A DNA stretch of 64,000 nucleotides. It comes from an uncultured delta proteobacterium (GTDB taxonomy: Bacteria > Myxococcota > Myxococcia > Myxococcales > Myxococcaceae). Under the pieces are notes generated by a model. That model was not told where the DNA came from, searched no databases, and worked only from the letters and a program-made list of their open reading frames with translations. Shown here in pieces: positions 56,457 through 64,000 of the stretch. Both the position numbers and the translations under genes were made by a program. The stretch covers positions 416,001-480,000 of the forward strand of contig CAVYSY010000032.1 in the NCBI GenBank assembly GCA_963771175.1, read 5' to 3'. Positions within the stretch are counted from its first letter, which is position 1. Every line of letters begins with the position of its first letter.

Positions 56457-57887
56457 GTCTTGCGACCTCCAGGTGAGGGGTTTCCTCGCGGGCGGGCCTT
56501 CCGCCGGTGCATGAGCGCGAGCGGAATCAGGCCCGTGGCCAGCACCACCACCCCGACAAGCGCCCCCGCTCCGGTGTACGCGAGACTCGAATAGAGGAGA
56601 TACGCGCAGGTCGCGCAGAACAGCAGCGGGGTGAGCGGGTACAGCGGCACGCGGAAGGGGCGCACCACGTCCGGCTCGCGCCGGCGCAGCACCAGCAGCG
56701 ACACGCCCGTGAGCAGGAAGAAGAACCAGAAGACGGGCGCGGTGTACTCCACCATCGTCTCGAAACCGCGCCGGGTGATGGCGCCCACGCCCACCAGGAC
56801 CAGGGCGATGGCCCCCTGCACCAGCAGCGCGTTCACCGGCGAGCCCGCGCGCGCGCTCCACCGCCCCAGCGGGGAGAACATCGGGAAGTCCCGCCCCAGC
56901 GCGTAGTGGGTGCGCGAGCCCATGAGAATGGTGGCGTTGGACGAGGTGAGCACGGCCGCGCAGATGAGGAGGCTGATGAGCCGCGCGCCCGGGGCGCCGG
57001 CCACGTGCCGCAGGAGATCCGCCGCGACCGCCTCCGATTGCCCCATGCCCGCCAGCCCCAGCGCCTTCAGGTAGGCCACATTGACCAGCAGGTAGAGGCC
57101 CGTCACGGCCACCAGGCTCCACAGCAGCGCGGACACGATGCTCCGGCGTCCCGCCATGCAGCTCGCTGGAGATGTAGGCCGCCTCGTTCCACCCTCCGTA
57201 CGTCAGCAGCACGAACACCATCGCCAGACCCCAGGCGGCATGGCGCGGCCCGTCCTGAGCCATCTCGGCGGCGGGTGGCGGCGCGGCCGGTGGGAAGAAG
57301 AGCCCCGCGACGATGACCAGCCCCAGTCCCACCACCACCATCACCGTGAGGAGGTTCTGCGTCCACTTGCCCAACCGGATGCCGGCCACGTTCAACCCGG
57401 TGAGCACCACCACCGAGAGCGCGGCGTAGATGGCGGAGGAGTGCTCGCCCAGCGGCAACAGTTGCGAGGCGTAGTCCCCGAAGATGAACCCCAGCAGCGC
57501 GATGGAGCCGGTGGGAATGACCGTCAGCCGCGCCCAGGCGAACAGGAAGGCCAACGAGTCCCCGAGTGCCCGCCGCAGGTAGTGATAGTCCCCTCCGGCG
57601 TGGGGCCAGGTGCTGGCCAGCTCCGCGTAGCACAGGGCCCCGATGAGGGAGACCAGCCCGCCGAGGCCCCACAGCAGCAGCACGGAGGCCTCGCTCGACG
57701 CGTTCGCCGCCACCATCGAGGGCGTGCGGAAGATGCCCGCCCCCACCACGATGCCCACGATGAGCGCGATGGCGTCCGCGACGCGCAGGCTCGGCAGGGG
57801 GAGCGCCGCGGACCCCTCCGGCGGAGCGGCCGTGTCGAGGCGCGCCTCGCCTGGCCGCCCCTCCCCCTGGTCCCGCTCACGCCTCAT
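56426..57887 (-). CDS. APC family amino acid permease (one +1 frameshift near 57150)
   Basis: GIVVGAGIF, LCYAEL, GGDYHYL, LTYGGWNE; continues in ORF 56426-57157 with RPFRVPLYP. Confidence 0.88.
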
Positions 57888-57990
57888 CAGCTCCACCCCC
57901 TGGATGTGTGAAGGGATGGACACCTCCCGGGAACGAGGCAATGTGCCCCGCTCCACCGAGTGCTCGGCGAGGGTCCAGCGGGGCGAGCCG

Positions 57991-58028
57991 GCGTTACCGG
58001 GGTGACGCATCCGTTACCTTTCGAAACG
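57991..58028 (+). promoter_or_regulatory. putative enhancer-binding-protein sites (CGTTAC boxes)
   Basis: GCGTTAC-N4-GTGACGC (57991-58008) and a second CGTTAC at 58012, 20 bp after the first, 70-90 bp upstream of the sigma54 element. Confidence 0.5.
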
Positions 58029-58080
58029 TCCGACGCGGTGTGGCAGGCGCCAACCCCGCGAGAACATTCATGCTGCGGCC

Positions 58081-58096
58081 TGGAATGAGCGTTGCT
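58081..58096 (+). promoter_or_regulatory. sigma54 -24/-12 promoter of the acetate operon
   Basis: TGGAAT-N5-TTGCT with exact GG-N10-GC spacing. Confidence 0.65.
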
Positions 58097-58109
58097 CATG
58101 GAGGCTCGC

Positions 58110-59258
58110 GTGCGACCCCACACACCGCCTCGACCCACCTCTCTCGTCGTCCTCCTGGCCGCGATGGCGGCCCTTGTCCTTCCCACCCCGGCTCACGCCG
58201 TGAAGGTTCCGCTGGGAGAAGGCCCGGCCACGCTCAACGTCAATGTGCTGGCACAACCCTGGGTGCAGCTCTCCAAGGACGGCGCACCCGCCGGCGGCAT
58301 GGGCACGGACTTCTTCCTGAGGCGAATCCGCCTCCTCGTCTTCGGCAACGTCACCGAGCGCGTCTCCTTCTTCATGGAGACGGACCAGCCCAACCTGGGG
58401 CGTGACGGCAACTGGGACCCGGCCTTCTTCGTCCAGGATGCCTTCATCTCCGTGAAGCTCACGGAGAGCCCCCAGTTCTTCATCGACGCGGGCATGATTC
58501 TCGCCCCCTTCACCCACCACTCGCTGCAGGGCGCCGTCGCGCTCAACACGGTGGACTACCACGCCTCGCTCGTCCGCTTCCCGCGCAACGAGGGGAAGAT
58601 CTGGCGCGATGCGGGCGTGCAGTTCCGCGGCTTCGCGGGGCCGCTGCACTTCCGCCTGGGCGTCTTCAACGGCATCGAGGGCACGAAGGCCACCGACACC
58701 GCACCCGCCATCAACCCGGACGACATCCCGCGCGTGGCGACCCACATCCGCTACAACTTCCTCGGCAAGGAAGAGAGCTTCTTCTTCAACGGCATCTACT
58801 TCGCGGACGCGCCGAAGCTGTCGGTGGGCGTGGGCGCGGACTACCAGCCGCGTGCGGTGCTGGCCGCTGGCCACGAGCGGGATGACCTGAACGTGGGCGT
58901 GGACCTCTTCCTCGACTACCCCATCGCCGAGAACCAGGAGCTCGTCTTCCAGACCAATGCCTTCCGCTACTGGCAGGGCCGGGAGAACACCAACAGCGGC
59001 TTCGGCATCTTCGGCGAGTTGGGCTACCGCATCGGCATCATCGAGCCCGTCTTCTCCGCCGAGTACTTCAACGCGGACGTGGCCGACACGGACTTCCTCG
59101 CGCTGCGGCCCGGGCTCAACGTCTGGATGATGAAGCACACCTTCAACTTCAAGGCGGAGGTGGCCGTCCAGCGCCAGCAGATGCCCGCCACCGCCGCCGC
59201 CGAGGCCAGCACCACCACCGCCGTGGTCGGCACCGCCCAGCTCCAGCTCTTCTACTGA
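58110..59258 (+). CDS. outer-membrane beta-barrel porin (OprO/OprP-like); start could be ATG 58098
   Basis: Signal peptide ending AHA, FFLRRIRL, QDAF, WRDAG, amphipathic strands and terminal QLQLFY. Confidence 0.8.
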   Translation: MRPHTPPRPTSLVVLLAAMAALVLPTPAHAVKVPLGEGPATLNVNVLAQPWVQLSKDGAPAGGMGTDFFLRRIRLLVFGNVTERVSFFMETDQPNLGRDGNWDPAFFVQDAFISVKLTESPQFFIDAGMILAPFTHHSLQGAVALNTVDYHASLVRFPRNEGKIWRDAGVQFRGFAGPLHFRLGVFNGIEGTKATDTAPAINPDDIPRVATHIRYNFLGKEESFFFNGIYFADAPKLSVGVGADYQPRAVLAAGHERDDLNVGVDLFLDYPIAENQELVFQTNAFRYWQGRENTNSGFGIFGELGYRIGIIEPVFSAEYFNADVADTDFLALRPGLNVWMMKHTFNFKAEVAVQRQQMPATAAAEASTTTAVVGTAQLQLFY

Positions 59259-59291
59259 GCCCCCTTCCCCCGAGCCCCCAGGAGACACCGG

Positions 59292-61243
<1,952 letters not shown>

Positions 61244-61270
61244 CCCACCCCCAAGGAGAAATCCCGCACC

Positions 61271-61549
61271 ATGTCCCAGAAATCCAAGGCCGATGAGCTC
61301 GAAGCCCTGGCGGCGGCGCGCTGGCGCGTGGCCGCCGTCCTCACCGCCGCCACGCTGGTTTCCTACTTCGGATTCATCCTGCTCGTCGCGTTCAACAAGC
61401 CGCTGATGGGCAAGCAGATCGCCCCGGGGCTGTCGCTCGGCATCCTCCTCGGAGCACTGGTCATCGCCACCGCCTGGGTGCTCACCGGCATCTACGTCTG
61501 CTGGGCCAACAACCGCTACGACAAGGCCCTCCACCAGTACCGCCGCTGA
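61271..61549 (+). CDS. yjcH: DUF485 (YjcH-like) membrane protein
   Basis: [10 protein letters not shown]...LTGIYV.WAN..YD; typical position before actP; RBS AAGGAG. Confidence 0.9.
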   Translation: MSQKSKADELEALAAARWRVAAVLTAATLVSYFGFILLVAFNKPLMGKQIAPGLSLGILLGALVIATAWVLTGIYVCWANNRYDKALHQYRR

Positions 61550-61565
61550 GCCCGGAGCCACTCGA

Positions 61566-63189
61566 ATGAATCCACAGCAGACAACGACCTCGATCGGCGA
61601 GCCCAACGCCATCGCCATCGCTCTTCTTCCTGGCGTTCGTGGGCCTCACGCTCGCCATCACGTACTGGGCGGCGCGCAAGACGAAGACGACCTCGGAGTT
61701 CTTCACCGCGGGCGGAGGGGTGAGCGCGCCTCCAGAACGGCTTCGCGCTCGCCGGCGACTACATGAGCGCCGCGAGCTTCCTGGGCATCGCCGGCCTGGT
61801 GGCGCTCTCCGGCTTCGACGGCCTCATCTACTCGGTGGGCTGGCTGGTGGGCTGGCCGGTGGTGACGTTCCTCATCGCCGAGCCGCTGCGCAACCTGGGC
61901 AAGTACACCTTCGCGGACGTGGTGGCCTACCGGCTGAAGCAGACGCCGGTGCGCATCTCGGCCGCGGTGGGCACGCTCACCGTGGTGAGCTTCTACCTGA
62001 TCGCCCAGATGGTGGGCGCCGGCAACCTCATCCGCATGATGTTCGGCCTGTCCTACGAGATGGCCGTCTGCATCGTGGGCGTGGTGATGATCCTCTACGT
62101 GCTCTTCGGCGGGATGATCGCCACCACGTGGGTGCAGATCGTCAAGGCGGTGCTGCTGCTGGCGGGCGCGACGCGTGCTGGCGGTGATGGTGCTGGCGAA
62201 GTTCGACTTCAGCCCGCTGGAGCTCTTCCAGACGGCGGCCAACCAGTACGGCCCGGAGGTGCTGGCGCCGGGCAAGCTGGTGTCGAGCCCGATGGAGGCG
62301 GTGTCGCTGGGCCTGGCGCTGATGTTCGGCACCGCGGGCCTGCCGCACATCCTCATGCGCTTCTACACGGTGCCCAACGCGAAGGCGGCGCGCAGCTCCG
62401 TGTTCTACGCCACCGGCCTCATCGGCTACTTCTACCTGGTGACGTTCATCCTCGGCTTCGGCGCCTCGGTGCTGGTGGGCCGCGCCGCGCATCACGGGCG
62501 TGGACAAGGGCGGCAACATGGCGGCGCCCATGCTGGCCGAGGCGCTGGGCGGCACGCCCTTCCTCGGCTTCATCTCCGCGGTGGCCTTCGCCACCATCCT
62601 CGCGGTGGTGGCCGGGCTGACGCTGTCGGGCGCGGCGGCGCTCTCGCACGACCTGTGGACGAGCGTGGTGCGCAAGGGCAAGGCGCCGGAGCACGAGCAG
62701 CTCCGGGTGGCCAAGCTGGCCAGCCTCGCCCTGGGAGTTCTCGCCATCCTCCTGGGCATCCTCTTCAAGGGGCAGAACGTGGCCTTCATGGTGGGCCTGG
62801 CCTTCGCCATCGCCGCGAGCGCCAACTTCCCCGCCCTGCTGCTGTCCATGGCCTGGAAGGGCTTCACCACGCGCGGCGCGGTGGCGAGCATGATCACCGG
62901 CGCGGTCAGCGCGGTGGTGCTCATCTTCCTGTCGCCCACGGTGCAGGTGGACCTGCTGGGCAACAAGGACGCGCTCTTCCCGCTGAAGAACCCGGCCCTC
63001 GTCACCATGCCGCTGTCCTTCCTGGTGGGCTGGATGGTGTCGATGATCTCCCCCGAGCCCGAGGCGTCCGGCCGCTTCGCCGAGGTGCGGCACCGCATGC
63101 ACGTGGGTGCCGAGGTCGAGGCGTCCCACGCCACCGCCAAACCCGCGACGGAGGCTCCCGTGGCGACCCCGGACGCCCAGACCACCTGA
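61566..63189 (+). CDS. actP: cation/acetate symporter ActP (four +1 frameshifts)
   Basis: [49 protein letters not shown] and [20 protein letters not shown]. Confidence 0.92.
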
Positions 63190-63195
63190 GCACCC

Positions 63196-63226
63196 GCGGC
63201 GGGGACGGCATCCTCGTCCCCGCCGC
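63196..63226. terminator. terminator hairpin between convergent genes
   Basis: Perfect 12-bp stem GCGGCGGGGACG-N7-CGTCCCCGCCGC. Confidence 0.6.
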
Positions 63227-63234
63227 TTCCCCCT

Positions 63235-64000
63235 TCAGTGGGACTCCTCCTGCCGGTCTGGCCTCAGCGGCAGCTCCACGATGAAGGTCGCTCCCTCGGA
63301 GGGACGACTCTCCACGCGGATGCGCCCATCCATGGCCTCGATGATCTGCTTGGAGATGAACAGCCCCAGCCCCAACCCGCCGTAGTGTCGTTCCGACACC
63401 GCGCGCCCGAAGCGGCTGAACAGGCGGGATAGGCCCTCGGGGGCGATGCCGATCCCCTCGTCCCGGATACTCAGCACGGCATGCCCCGCTTCGACCTTCG
63501 CGCGCACGTGGATGGGCCTGCCCGCGCCGTACTTGGCCGCGTTGGAGAGCAGGTTGACCAGCACCTGCTCCAACCGGAGCAGGTCCCAGTACCCGAGCAC
63601 CGGCTCCGTGGGGGGAAAGTCCACGGAGCACTCAGCCAGGGAGAACACCTCCGAGAGCCGATCCAGCACCTCGCGGATGAGCTGGGTGAGCTCCATGTCG
63701 ATGGGCTCGAGCCTCAATCGGCCAGCGGTGATGCGGCTCACGTCCAGGAGGCTGTCCACGAGCGAGGAGAGCCGGCCCACCTGCCGGGCGGCCACCGAGA
63801 GCCTCGGAGCAACGGACTCCCGACACTCCCCGGGCAAGAATCGGTCGATGAGCTGATGCTGGAGCTTGAGCGAGGTGAGCGGCGTCTTCAGCTCATGGCT
63901 CGCGATGGAGAGGAACTCGTCGCGCAGACCCACGGCCTGCCGGGTTTCTCGAAAGAGGCGGAGGTTCTCGAGGGCCATGGCCAACCGGTGGGCCAGTTCC
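63235..64000 (-). CDS. GAF-histidine kinase, C-terminal part (5' end outside the window)
   Basis: [11 protein letters not shown] end, [18 protein letters not shown] and GGLGLGLFI. Confidence 0.92.
   Translation of the reverse strand, partial: ELAHRLAMALENLRLFRETRQAVGLRDEFLSIASHELKTPLTSLKLQHQLIDRFLPGECRESVAPRLSVAARQVGRLSSLVDSLLDVSRITAGRLRLEPIDMELTQLIREVLDRLSEVFSLAECSVDFPPTEPVLGYWDLLRLEQVLVNLLSNAAKYGAGRPIHVRAKVEAGHAVLSIRDEGIGIAPEGLSRLFSRFGRAVSERHYGGLGLGLFISKQIIEAMDGRIRVESRPSEGATFIVELPLRPDRQEESH

Noticed and set aside
55821..58010. Apparent 729-aa APC-methyltransferase fusion
   Set aside because: The middle is out-of-frame nonsense from a frameshift near 57150, and the methyltransferase has its own RBS and start at 56456.

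Overview
This is a high-GC (~70%), gene-dense chromosomal window from a myxobacterium (Archangiaceae/Cystobacter-like, inferred from the DUF2378 family protein, TPR Ser/Thr kinase, lamin-tail/Ig surface protein and many histidine kinases). I found no rRNA, tRNA, CRISPR array or mobile element. Housekeeping and metabolic genes include prkA(yeaG)-yeaH-spoVR, an M23 peptidase, glgP, dnaE, an enoyl-CoA isomerase with a dienoyl-CoA reductase, an alkyl-DHAP-synthase-like oxidoreductase with glpD, a D-amino-acid oxidase and a SAM hydrolase. The main candidate novel system is a Pseudomonas-type cbrX-cbrA-cbrB module (small overlapping membrane peptide, SLC5-transporter/histidine-kinase fusion, sigma54 activator) at 49.1-53.7 kb, with no crcZ. 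It lies 4.3 kb from a porin-acs-DUF485-actP acetate operon that has a correctly spaced sigma54 -24/-12 element and upstream CGTTAC boxes resembling CbrB sites. Other candidates are a papain-like (C39-type) protease with a lipoprotein in a toxin/immunity-like cassette, a PhcB-like methyltransferase, a signal-peptide-bearing methyltransferase coupled to an APC permease, and a structured leader upstream of prkA. About 17 frameshifts, almost all +1 insertions with no premature stops in the repaired frames, break seven genes and look like sequencing artefacts. All family calls come from motif recognition by eye; no database search was run.
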